A DNA stretch of 64,000 nucleotides from Octopus vulgaris (GCA_951406725.2 OX597827.1:20150001-20214000), one strand, 5' to 3'; shown: positions 24,214 to 36,654, counted from the stretch's first letter. Program-made: numbers and translations. The notes: generated by a model not told the origin, from the sequence alone.

Positions 24214-24879
24214 TCGCTGCAGCTCTTTATCATAACGTGACTAATAGCTTCGTTTTGGACTGAGCTGTCTGACAGCAAGATTTTCCGAGAGATTTTGCAG
24301 ACAAGAGATATTTGGGTGTGGTCAGCTGTTCTGGTTTTAAAAGGTTTGACGGAGAGAGCGAGAGATAAAGATAGGGAGCAGAAAAAGAGATAGACAGATA
24401 TAAGAAAGAAGAGAGAGAGAGGGGGAAAGTGACTAATAGAGAGATAGAAAGAAAAAGGGAGGAAGTGTGATAGAAAAAAAAATAGAGAGAAACAAGTGCA
24501 TGATAGGGTAGAAAAAAGATAGATAGATAGAAAAATAGGGAGAGAGAGAGAATGAAATAGCGGCACAGGAAAAATGGAGTTGGTTGGAGAGAGAGACAAG
24601 GAGAGAAAGAGCGAAGGAAGAAGAGTAAAACTACAGAGAAACAACATGGAGAAATATAGAGAGCAATGTCTGGAGACTGGGATAAAAAGAGAAAATCTAT
24701 AATAATTCAGAAAATAGAAGAGAGATAAAGAAAGAAAGAGATAAGGCTATAACTAGAGGGGAGGAGGGGAGAGTGTGTGAAAAAGAGAGAGAGGGGAGCG
24801 TACTGTAGACGACTAGAGAAAAGAGGGAGAGGAAGAGAAAGTAAAGGCAAAGAAGAGGTAAAGTTAACTTTAAAGAGAG

Positions 24880-25100
24880 CGGGGAGGGTGTAACTGCCGC
24901 CTCCTCCGCCTCCTCCCTTTGCATGGTGGGGCGGCGGCTAGGCGAGCGAAGCAACAGCAGCAGCAGCAGTCGTAACACTCTCAATGGTGGCGAAAGACAA
25001 GGAGCGGCGACGCGGCTTCATTTGCATATGTTAATGTGTGCGCGGCGCCGCACTTTGGATGTGGGTCACATTAGGCGGCTGTCAGTGAGGGAGTGAGTGT
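24880..25100 (+). promoter_or_regulatory. CpG/GC-rich putative promoter of an unidentified + strand gene
   Basis: Only non-repeat GC/CpG-rich island in the window; GC-box-like GGGGCGGC; octamer ATTTGCAT at 25020-25027 followed by ATGTTAAT; TCAGT initiator-like site at 25082-25086. Confidence 0.7.
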
Positions 25101-25163
25101 GTGTCTCCACTTTTTAGAGGATACGGTGGTGTGCGCCAGGCCAAGGAACAGTTAGACTGCTTG
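25082..25163 (+). other. Putative non-coding first exon (start approximate)
   Basis: Consensus donor TTG|GTAAGT at 25163/25164 directly after the CpG island; no ATG within the exon. Confidence 0.6.
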
Positions 25164-25858
25164 GTAAGTCTTCTCGGGTTTTTTCCCGGTTTATGCAGCT
25201 TAAAACTCTTACTATAAAATCTCATCTCAGATACTTTTTCTAATTTTTGCCTTTCATATTTGTTGCTCCCTTATTTGAAAAAAAAGAACCCCAGAAAAAC
25301 AACATAATTGCTTTCAGGCATTCTCCTAAATTAAACCCGTAAAAAAATTAGCAATTTATTTCATCTCGTTGCTTAGCTTTGCTTCAAATGTTTTCCTTTC
25401 ACCTTGCTTCCTTCGTCTTTTCCTTTTTCAGAGCGCAATCTTACACTCATTGCTCTTGATTCTCCTTGCATTCCTTTCCTCACTCTCTTTCATTCGATCA
25501 CTTTTCTTTCCTCCCCCCCTCTTTCACATCTATCTGCCTTTCTCCGCACACCCTCTCTCTCTCTCGGCAATCCCCCTCTCACCTTTATCCTAGCATTCTT
25601 CCTATATTTCCTTTAACTCCACCCACCTCTCTTTCTCACTGCTTCTTTTTTGCGCAATCACTCCTCTCTCTCTCTCTCATTTGTCTTAACCTTAGTCTCT
25701 CCCTTTTCTCTCACTTTCATACCGTTTCCCTCTTTTTCATAAATTTCTCTCTAACACCTTTACTCCCTCCTCCTCCTCTCTCTCTCACTGACTCACACTC
25801 ACTTTCTTATCTCCAATCTCCCTTAATCACCAAGGTAAGCCTGAGCACACACACACAT

Positions 25859-25903
<45 letters not shown>

Positions 25904-26997
25904 TATATATATAACACATACTAATTGTACTTAGAAATAATGCCTATAGACACTTGTAACCCTTCAGTCGCCGCTCAAACAGGACAGGGCATTCATTATC
26001 ACACAACTTTGCCGAATGCAATGAACATGGGTAACATTGTAAAATAAAGGAGGGTCCCGTTGTGCTGTTCACCTTTCTACTCGTTTCTCCCCTACACACA
26101 CATACTTGCCCACACACACACTCGCCAAACCGCTGTCATCATCTGTTGGTCCTCTTTCCCTCCTGTCTGCTCTGCTCTTCATTCCCTTTAACACACACAT
26201 ACACACACACGTATCACCCCCTCCCCCCGGCGACTCTTCGATCTTCACTCACACTCAGGCCTGCACTCACACTCAGACATTCACTCACTGCTTTCTATAC
26301 TTTTTTTTTCTTTCTGTGAATATATTAATGGACTGCAGCTTGTACAGAAAATATTTCTATGTCTGCGCCGAGATCGTCTTTCTCTTTTTTTATCAGGTGT
26401 TTGTTACTGTAAATAAATATATCTGTCAGACCTTAATTAATCATCTCCAACATTTTTAATAAGGTTCTGATCGAGAACCTTCTCCCCTTATTTTGTAAAA
26501 TCCACCCCAATTCCTCAATCAATGCCCTTCATTCTCTCTCTCCTATTTGCCATCTCAACAGATTCTTCGCCTGCCGACACCGCTGCGCTTAATAAACAGC
26601 AATCTGCTTCATGTTGATGAATATTTAAACATTTTCCTAACAACTTTTCCCCTAATATAGGCCCCTAATATAAACTCTCCCCACCCATAATCTTTATAAA
26701 CTTTATAAATTCCCAAACCTTCTCAAGCAGACTCATATAAACCTCTCCCTCTCATCCACCCAGAATCGCACCAATTCTGCCTTCTTGGGGCCCGACTATT
26801 CGCCTCTGGTCGGTTCGGCAAGCGAAAAATAGGGATTTATTAAAATATTTTCAGGGGACTAATCTTAACCATAAACTGTCGACCTTTTATGAATCTGAAC
26901 TTTATTTGGTGGGAGGACATGCCTCTCTCAATATTCATTGCATGGCTACCCTCTTCCACGTCCCACTCTATCGCCATTACACACCTCTCTGCATCTG

Positions 26998-27054
<57 letters not shown>

Positions 27055-27469
27055 AAATGTATAGAGGTAGATACCGTTGTTCATTAACGAATCGCACTAC
27101 CTTCCCCTTCCCTTTATATATATATATACACACACACCTCTACATACTCATTTCACGCATCGTCGCCCCTCCTAAACTCCAAGTGTGTAGATTCATATAC
27201 ACCCGCGTGCGCATGCCCTCGTCTCCCCTCCCCCCCCATCATTCGCTGTGTGTGTGTGTAAATATGTATGCAGACACTATTAAAAATATAAAATTCTTTT
27301 TTTTTTTTTTATGGTGCACACACACACATATACACTAGTACCGTACATATCTATCTATCTATCGATTCCTATAAATAGTTTATGAATCCAGCAGTCTTAT
27401 AATAGGCCGCTATCTATAACTATCAACCTGTCTGCATCCTCTTCTCCCTCCTTTCTCTCTCTCTCTCAT

Positions 27470-27755
27470 ACATACATACATACATTCATGTTTTATATAT
27501 ATATATATATATATCATCTATCTATCTATATATCTATCTATCTGCCTGTCTATCTATCTGCCTGTCTATCTATCTGCCTGTCTATCTATCTGCCTGTCTA
27601 TCTATTTGTCTCTCTATCTATTTGTCTCTATCTATTTGTCTCTCTATCTATCTATCTGTCTATCTATCTATCTATCTATCTGCCGGTCTATCTATCTATC
27701 TATCTTTATATTTAAAAATATCATCTATCTATATGCACACACACACACACACATG
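27470..27755. repeat. Compound (TCTA)n/(TCTG)n microsatellite
   Basis: Seen directly. Confidence 0.93.
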
Positions 27756-28399
27756 CCGACTTCATTTCTCCAAGAGATGGAAGTGTGAGCACGAAGGAAG
27801 AAATTTGCTGCTATTTACTTTGTTGGCCTCCCTGCTGCACCAATCTTGCCATCATCCTCCGTTGACACTTCCCTCTCTCGCTCTCTCTCCATCCTTTCCA
27901 TCTTTAAACCATCTGTCACAACTTACATCTCACCAAATTCCATTAAAACATCTCTCCACCCCCACCCTCTTGTCTCACATATTTTATTTAGTCTTACGGA
28001 ATTAAAATATAATTAGTTATAAATTCTACATCTAAAGATGGTCTTTGATTGACAACAGTGAAATATTAACGAAAGATATCCTGTAATATTTAGTTTGGAA
28101 GGACCCTGGTAATGTTAATGTATAATTTATCTGACAGATTCACATTCCTGAGACATTAGAAAATCGTAGTGTCTCTACAGGGGCATCCAACTTGCTAAAA
28201 ATAGCAACCAAATCTTTTTCAAGTTTTACCTTACTGTAAGGTAGAATTTAAGGACAAGTCATGGATAAATGCAAGACATGGACAATATCTGAATAAACTA
28301 AAGGATGGTTACGGTTTCGGTGTTATTGATCATAGCTCCTGCTGGTTTACTGTTGACCTAGGGTTAAACTATATCCTCTTACTGTCTTCTACTCTCATA

Positions 28400-28520
28400 T
28401 TGCTTGCTTTTCATCCTTTCGGGGTCGATAAATTTAGTACCAGTGAAACATTGGGGTTCGGTGTGGTCGACTAATGCCCTCGCCAAAATGGCTGCCCTTG
28501 TGGCAAAATTTGAAACCATT
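28400..28520 (+). mobile_element. 5'-truncated SINE family A variant
   Basis: TTTCATCCTTTCGGGGTCGATAAATTTAGTACCAGT..CCTTGTGGCAAAATTTGAAACC. Confidence 0.75.
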
Positions 28521-29769
28521 GTGATTATTATTGAGTGAGAGAGAGAGAGAGAGAGAGCAGCGCATGCCATCAAAATGACACTGGGGTACAAAATATACAA
28601 AGCCCAGTTATACAGGCATATATACATCACAACCGTATGTGCGCGACATGGTGATTATTAAATAAATAAACCATTATTATTATATATAGACACCGTTCTT
28701 ATTTTAGGTTGTTTTTTGTGGGGTGAGAGGTAATGGTGATAATATTCACCTTGTACCGTTTTACGATGTTTCCCCCCATCAGAACTTGTACTTCACTCAT
28801 CTCTGTTTTTATTCTTTAAATTCCTTTTCATAAACTCACTTTTTTATCTGTTGTCTGCTCAAGTATTCCTAAATGATTTGTAATCGAATCGTAGACATGA
28901 ATTCAGCCATGGATTCGAACACCTATGAAAAATTGTTCATATCAAACATATATGCTGGTCACCATTCGACAGATCGATAAAATATCTTCAATATTTTGAG
29001 ATCAATTTCGATTTCCACCGACCTTATGGAGCCACCCCACTCTATTTACTTTTAAACGGTGATTTGTGTCTCGAGAATTTCTTTTTTTTAAATCTCGGAC
29101 AAATAGATATAATGAGAGACATTATATTAGCTTTCCTATCATCATTAAATAGCGAGTCTAGTAGCCTGGGTTGTACACCAACCTACTAACGTTAACTCGA
29201 CTCCTCCAAAGCCACCAAAGGCTACGTTGACCTAGACTACAAACGTGTCCTAATTGCTTATTTTCTTACACCTCCACTTCAGACTTTCTATTCACCTGCT
29301 GCTTTTGTAGTGTATTACTTCTGTTATAACTTGGTTGTCGTCAACCGGATCTTTGCTACTCGTTTTATGTAATTTAGGCGATCAAGATATCTTACACCAT
29401 GTGTGCATAAAACACAAATTTGCATATTTCCCGTCCTTCCCTATATATGAGGTCCCCCTCGCCCTTGTTTCCTCTTCAGCCGTCAATTTTTAATTTGTAA
29501 AGAACATCAGACCTTGTCGATATCCTCGGTTTCTGTAGGCCATGGTAGCAACCCACCCTACAGGCTTAATAAAATCCTCATTTCGACCGAAGATGACTTC
29601 ATTTATCTTTTCGAGGTTCAGTCGACATTACATATCTTCTCCAAAATTACTGGAACTTGGGAGAGAAACGATATGGTGGCCACAATCAACTGTTGATCTC
29701 TTTAGATGTTCACCTCAGCAGGAATTACATTAAATGTCCTCCTCTGAGTCGGGACTCATGTGGTTGAAG

Positions 29770-29816
29770 CTGGACATCACTGTCTGGACATCACTGAATC
29801 TGGACATCACTGAATT
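29770..29816. repeat. Short tandem repeat CTGGACATCACTG(AA)T, 3 copies
   Basis: Seen directly. Confidence 0.8.
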
Positions 29817-31447
29817 TCGGATGACATTCTGTGAAGAGATGTCAAAGAAGCCGAATACACAACCTAGGTCCCCCCACGCTCATCCATTTAATTCTTACAC
29901 AGCTGCAGACGGGAAATAAGAATTTGACATTTAAGCATTTCCCCTCAAAGTATTAGTGTATGGGGAGGTGAATCCAGGTAGAGAATTCTTACTTTTTGGT
30001 GGTGTTGTAGCTTAATCTACACAATATTAATTAAATTCGTCCTTTGAAAGGGAACTTCTCATCGCATTAATAGAACTGATATCTACTCTCTTCCATACTT
30101 CAACCTCAATTGTTGCTCTGTCTCACTCAGACTATGATATCAATTGGTATAACGGTTTAATATTAGCCACTTGGTTGGTCGTCTTCCCCTTAAATACACA
30201 CATACACATCGCAACGAACAAAATGTCGGCCCTTCAGTCATTTTTATAGCATTACAGCTTATAATATATATATATATATATGTATGGAGAGAGTGCAAAG
30301 GAAAGAGATATGTTTTTCACCTCTTCACTGACTCATTTTGTTCGACCCTCTTATCTTATACATTCATAGTTTATCATAATCTATTCACGTACACCTGACT
30401 TAACCTGGCGCCGAATTGCATAATTTACAGCATTCGAACTTTGGTGTCTTCCTCCGTTTTTCAAGTCCAATTTAATGCGGTCTGATTTCCTTTCACTTAT
30501 ATTACATGAAGTTGTTAAACCACGGTCGTTTCAATTTACTCATCTTTTTCTCCAGATTCATTATTGTTTCCCTTAAAACCTGCCATTTCGGCCCCTCATA
30601 ATTTTAATTTCAAATCATATCGGGAGTTGTATTTTATCTACAGTTCGATGGCGATTCTCTGTTGAAATTATGTCACTTTGCTAATGTCATTAAATATATA
30701 TCTAAAGCCTGAAGGTTACACTTTTCTATTTCTATTTCCCCTCCTAATATAATTTCAGTTTTGATTGTTTCAGGAAGAATCCCTTGCTATCTTTAAAACC
30801 TTTTTAAACATCCCGGCTATTTGGCTAATTTACTTATTTCTCCCAATTCTTTTCCTCTTTTTTGCAACCCCGGAACCCTCCTTACAATTAGTTAGTACCC
30901 TTTTTAGTTAGTCATTTTGAATTATTACAACTACTGCCGATGATTTTAATGGTTTTATCTCTGTTGCTGCCACTCTATTTGCTAATCCAGTCATAAACTG
31001 ATATTGCATTAAATATGTCGCCGTCACTGCAGCATAAAACACTGAGTCATTCGCTCGTGGTGCGGCCTTAACTGTTGGTTGCACTTTGGCTAATAATAAT
31101 GCAATGTTCTGACATTTTTATAGTGAAATGAAGTGAATCAGTTTTAGCTACGGATTGAAACTATAATCGCCGTGTCGACTGAGCAGGGCCTCACACGGTT
31201 CTTATCCTAAAAAACCTTAATCATTGAAAGTTAAGGAAAGAGTGACTGGGATGAGGGATTTTAGGTAAATTTTGACGGATTTTACCGCATTTTATGCCAA
31301 AGTTGGATTCGCAGACGAAGTCAGCCGGACGACGACGACGACGGCTGCTACTACTACTACTGGTGCTACTGCTGCTGCTACAGATGAACGCCAAACTCAA
31401 CGTCGATACACGTATTGGCTCTTTGTCGTTGTGTGAGAGGAGAGAGA

Positions 31448-31450
31448 ATG

Positions 31451-31499
<49 letters not shown>

Positions 31500-31672
31500 A
31501 AGTATATGTATGTATAAGTATATGTATGTATAAGTATATGTATGTATATATGTATGTATAAGTATATGTATGTATAAGTATATGTATGTATATATGTATG
31601 TATAAGTATATGTATGTATAAGTATATGTATGTATATATGCATGTATATGTATGCATGTATGTGTATGTATG

Positions 31673-31704
<32 letters not shown>

Positions 31705-31836
31705 TGTGTATGTATGTATGTATATGTGTGTATGTATGTGTATATGTGTGTATGTGTATATGTATGTATATGTATATATATGTATATATATATATGTGTA
31801 TATGTATGTATATATATGTATATATATATATATGTG

Positions 31837-31869
<33 letters not shown>

Positions 31870-32486
31870 GTATATGTATATATATGTGTATATGTATGTA
31901 TATATATATATATATGTGTATATGTATGTATATGTATATATATGTATATATATATATATGTGTATATGTATGTATTTGTATATATATGTATATGTATGTA
32001 TTTGTATATATATGTATATATATATATGTGTATATGTATGTATGTATATGTATATGTGTATATGTATGTATGTATATGTATATATGTGTGTATGTATGTA
32101 TATGTATATATGTGTATATGTATATATGTGTATATGTATGTATATGTATATATGTGTATATGTATGTATATGTATATATGTGTATATGTATGTATATGTA
32201 TATATGTGTATATGTATGTATATGTATATATGTGTATATGTATGTATATGTATATATGTGTATATGTATGTATATGTATATATATGTATATATGTGTATA
32301 TGTATGTATATGTATATATGTGTATATGTATGTATATGTATGTGTATATGTATGTATATGTATATATATATATGTGGATATGTATGTATATGTATGTGTA
32401 TATGTATGTATATGTATGTATATGTATGTGTATATGTATGTATATGTATATATATATATGTGGATATGTATGTATATATATGTATT

Positions 32487-32517
<31 letters not shown>

Positions 32518-32526
32518 ATATATATA
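31448..32526. repeat. About 1.08-kb complex (TA)/(TG)/(TATG) microsatellite array
   Basis: Seen directly; source of five spurious long ORFs. Confidence 0.98.
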
Positions 32527-33239
32527 AGGTGCCAACGCACGAAACTTTCGGGCCTTGAGTCACTCTGTAAACTTTAGCCGATTATTAATATATATATATA
32601 TAAAAACATATAGTGAATGAATATTTTTTGTAAACGTATCTTCAGTTCAACCTTGGATTGATTGTAATGTATACTACCTGTGACGGAGACACATGGCTCC
32701 CGACATTACATGTCTGCGTGTGTGTTAATGTAGTACTTTAGAAGCACATGGTTTACACAATAAAGCCTGTCGCCCCATATTGACTGCTAAATACATAAAT
32801 TACTGTATGAGATGCATTATATTTCTCCGCAAGGATATAGTTAGCTGTAGACCCGCAATTAACCTGGGGCGAATCTGTGAGCAAATTCATTTTTCGGTTA
32901 AGAAATTATACTATTTGCGCTTTTTTTTTTTGTTGTTGCTAGATTTACATTGATTTATATTAATGTTATATATACAAAACTACTATTTTTCGTAGCATAT
33001 TTGTGTATGGGGTAAATTAGGGGAAATACAGAAGAACGACTGGTGTAAGCAGTGGTGAGGAAGGGATGTGTGAACTACCAATAGATACTTGAAACTGCAT
33101 AAAATTTGAATGTTATATTGCAGTTGAACAGACCTTCCCATTTTTACATTTCTAAGGTAAAAGAAAAGCAATGGTATATACTGTAAAGAATGAAATAGTG
33201 TGCGTGTATAATAAACACACACACGTTTGTAGACAGTAG

Positions 33240-34015
33240 CATGGTCAGAAAAAGCTCCTGGCCCACTAGAAATTACTGTTGACAAGCTTAAAGTATCAGG
33301 TGTTGTAGGATAAAAACTAGTCATCTATATAGTCAATGAAGCTGTAACAGGAAGGTATCATACCCAATGACTGGCATAGCTGCATCCATACTGTTACAAA
33401 GATTGAATGAGCTGCCAGAGAGAGAGAAAGTACAAGGGTATCAAAGAGTTATAGTTTGATTGATTAGGAAGAGAGCCGAGACCAGGTGCGATTCAGTTTT
33501 GTGCCAGGATGAAGTACTACTGATGCCATCTGAAGGAGGCACCCGCAAGAGAAGTACTTAGCTAAGAGTACATCACTGTACTCAACCTAGAGAAGGCTTC
33601 TGACGTTGCGCTGTGAACTGAAGGTCACTGAAGAAGCAAGTTGGTAAATGGCTTGTGACATCTATATAAACCATGTACAGAGATACTGTCTTGTCAGCTA
33701 GGTGAGTTTAGTGTGCAGCTAGGAGCTCATTAGTGTTCTCAATCTCTTTCATTGTAGTGAAGTGTGGGTGGTGATTGCAGTGACTTTTAAAGAGTTGGAG
33801 TGAACATGCTCTGTTGGGTGTGCAGTGTCAGTGTGCATGAATGGGAAAAACCTGGGCATATAAGGAATTCGATGTTGTATACAAGAGAGAGGTAGATTTT
33901 GTTGGCATGAGTATGTGGTGCTTATGGGTGAAGGTAGCTGTACAAAGAAGTACCGATCACTTAGAGTGGATGGAAGATGTAGGATGAAGTGCTGAAGACT
34001 GATTTGAAGAGCTGA
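33240..34015 (+). mobile_element. Heavily decayed, internally deleted RTE LINE
   Basis: DNA homology to 12140-13688: AAAGCTCCTGGCCCA (KAPGP), ATACCCAATGACTGG (IPNDW), TTTGTGCCAGG..TACTACTGATG, GAGAAGTACTTAGC, CTAGAGAAGGCTT. Confidence 0.8.
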
Positions 34016-34506
34016 TTAGAGAGAGAGAGAGACATACACACACTCACAGAGGTGGTGTAAACCCTTTTATCTATGCAAATATGGCAACACTGATCTTATT
34101 GCATGCATGCACGCAGATATATATACAGATACATGCATATGATGAAGACTGATGTCAAGATACTAATCTTGCAAAAGAAATCACAAGTAACCATGACAAC
34201 CGAGGACTTTGGGTACAGGAGAAACCCTGTTCTCTTGGGCAAACATTGCAGTAGGTACACTAACAAGGGGTGGCGGAATGGTTGGAAGGTTCTTGTCCCA
34301 TTCACTCCTACCCTTTCCCTCTGTTTTATTTACTATCCTCTGCCCACAACACTTCAACACCCTTTCCCAAGATTGCCCATATCCCTCTTTCTTATTTATT
34401 ACTGGCACTAATCCCTTCTCTACTATTTTCTCGTGAAACTTCTTAACCACACAGCCATATGTTGTGTGTGTGTGTATGTATGCATATATATATATAATTG
34501 TTGTAA

Positions 34507-34722
34507 CCCTTCATTACCATATTAAAAAAAAAAATATACTGTTTTTTCTCTCAGTTTTGAAAATAAGGAAGAATATAGTAAAATAACTTTACCATTATTT
34601 ATGTTGATGTCTGGAATATAAATTAACCTGGAATTTTGATTGGAGGTTTTAATTTCGATCCTCTGACAACAGGGCGTACCATAAAAGCAAGGGTGGTCTT
34701 GGGTGATTAGGTATCAAAAGCA
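34507..34722. mobile_element. Degenerate piggyBac-like MITE, opposite orientation to 52882-53082
   Basis: CCCTTCATTACCATATT..TAGTAAAATAACTTT..GGTTTTAATT..GGTATCAAAAG aligns to the reverse complement of 52882-53082. Confidence 0.6.
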
Positions 34723-35005
34723 TTACTACCTGTATTTTCATGTTTTCATGTCTGATAGAATTCATTGAAACAGAACTTGTTTGACCTGGCCTGTCACGAA
34801 CCCTCTTCTGTTTTCCAAACAAACGATTCCACTCATAGATGGTGATACTTATTTATAATTATCCCACGATAAGGAGAAACACATACACACACACAAATGT
34901 GAGTGTGTGTGTATTGTCAATGTATGATATATCTGAAAAAGAAGCATGCTCTAAAGTATAGAGCAGTAAATTATTAAAGTAATAAAGGGATAATGTTTGG
35001 TCACA

Positions 35006-35069
35006 TAGAGTGACCAATGGTTTCACATCCATGAAGGCTATAGCTTTGCAGATGACTCATCAGACTCTA
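35006..35069 (-). ncRNA. Type I hammerhead ribozyme motif
   Basis: Reverse complement: TAGAGT CTGATGA GTCATC..GATGT GAAA CCATTG GTC ACTCTA; perfect 6-bp stem I, intact core, short stem III, GUC cleavage triplet; stem II partly decayed. Confidence 0.8.
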
Positions 35070-36049
35070 GTCCAATGACAAATTTAACTCTTCACCTCTG
35101 GAAGCAATGGTCAGTGGTCATTTGGTCATCAAAGTATAAATATTCCAGTGCCGGTGAGGATGGGTTATCTCCTAGACTAACTATCTGTGGGCCAGGAGAG
35201 AGTAACAAGGTGCCACACATGGCTAGCCAAGGATGTGACGAATCGTCTTTCTGGGACCCTGAAGGAGGACTGTGGGCTTGAATGCTGTCCTGGCTGGAGT
35301 GCTTGAACACCGTCCTGGCTGACCTGATATATTTCCAGGCTTGGGTGTTTACTGGTGTATCTTTGGTTGGCTCTGGGCCTGGGGATGCTGTTGTTACCAC
35401 CAGTGATGTTGGGGCTGCCATCAGTGCTGTTATCGTTAAGATGTGTGGGTCTGGCAGCACCTCTGTGGTTGTTGTCATTGTGGTGGTCAGCCCTGGCTGT
35501 AAGGTTAGCGCTGTGGGTACCAATGCACTATGGCCAGAGAAGCTGACCTTGCCAACATTAGCAGCACCAGCGAGGCTACTGGCCCCACACCTAACATTAC
35601 CAACAACAGCACATAGTGCCAACTCTGTGGCTGGGGACAACAACCACAGCAACATAATAACAGTGCTAATGGCAGCCCCAACATCACTGGTAACAGCAAC
35701 AGCATTCCCAGGTTCAGAGTCAACTGAAGATACACTAGTAATATGAATGCGACCAACACCCAAGCCTAGAAACAAAACATATCTGGTCAGCTGGGATGGC
35801 GTTCAGTGACACCTGTACAACCACGCGTCCTTCTTCAGGGTCCTGGAAAGATGATTTGTCACATCCCTAGCCAGCATTGTGTTGCGGCTCAAAAATGAAG
35901 GGTCTCTACAATATCAAGTGGAAGATCTTAGAAAAGCCAGGATCGTACATGAACAGGAGCATACGCTGCAAGCTTTGCGTAGCCAAGTGAACTAGGGTTA
36001 TTCATAAACATCCTAAAACCTGGGTCACTGAATACATGCCAAGAAACCT

Positions 36050-36279
36050 ATTTCTTTATTGCCCACAAGGGGCTAAACACAGAGAGGACAAACAAGGACA
36101 GACACACGGATTAAGTCGATTGTATCGACCCCAGTACGTAACTGGTACTTATTTAATCGACCCCGAAAGGATGAAAGGCAAAGTCGACCTCGGCGGAATT
36201 TGAACTCAGAACGTAGCGGCAGACGAAATACCGATCAGCATTTCACCCGGCGTGCTAACGTTTCTGCCAGATCGCCGCC
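36050..36279 (-). mobile_element. Young SINE family A inserted in the Penelope ORF
   Basis: CpG-intact copy; TSD (GCC)AAGAAACCT at 36038-36049 and 36277-36288. Confidence 0.93.
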
Positions 36280-36528
36280 AAGAAACCTTCACACCATGCA
36301 TCCATTTCAATCACTACCTGCTGCAAGCATAGGATTTCCCTTTCACTGACTAAGGCCAGAAGAGTACTTGTGATCAAAATCCCTTGTTGCCTTCTCTTGG
36401 TCCACAGATAGCTGGTCAAGGGGAGATAACATATCCTCACTAACGCTGGGATATTTATTCTGTGACAATCAATTGACCATAACAGATTTTTGTCTCTCAG
36501 AAGCAAAGAGTTAAATTTGTCTTTGGAC

Positions 36529-36577
36529 TAGAGTTTGATGAGCCGTCCGTGAAGCTACAGCCTTCATGGATGTGAAA
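36529..36577 (+). pseudogene. Truncated, inactive hammerhead copy
   Basis: TAGAGT TTGATGA GCCGTCCGTGAAG..CTTCATGGATGT GAAA; core C-to-T change; stem III and the 3' strand of stem I are missing; 11-bp stem II intact. Confidence 0.7.
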
Positions 36578-36654
36578 AGACATTAAAATTTATTAACTTA
36601 ATATATATATAAGCTGTGTGTGTGTGTAGAAAAAAAATAAATAAAAATAAAACT

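Larger units (their letters stand above)
35006..36577. mobile_element. Penelope-like retroelement relic: two head-to-head inverted 3' ends (GIY-YIG C-terminus plus pLTR)
   Basis: The + arm encodes decayed LYNHASFFR..TSLASIVLRLKNE..YNIKWKILEKPGSYMNRSIRCKLC..SLNTCQETFTPCIHFNHYLL; inverted homology blocks at about 35381-35432/35658-35709, 35160-35210/36382-36430 and 35021-35100/36498-36577. Confidence 0.8.

Noticed and set aside
24923-25096. 57-aa ORF (MVGRRLGERS...) in the CpG island
   Set aside because: No recognisable homology, stops before the splice donor, and expected by chance in GC-rich DNA
31221-32577. Five overlapping ORFs of 291-439 aa
   Set aside because: Translations of the TA/TG microsatellite (Y/I/H/T or Y/M/C/V only); not genes
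35092-35775. 227-aa ORF as a host mucin-like gene
   Set aside because: It reads across the centre of the inverted Penelope relic; its self-similarity comes from the two arms
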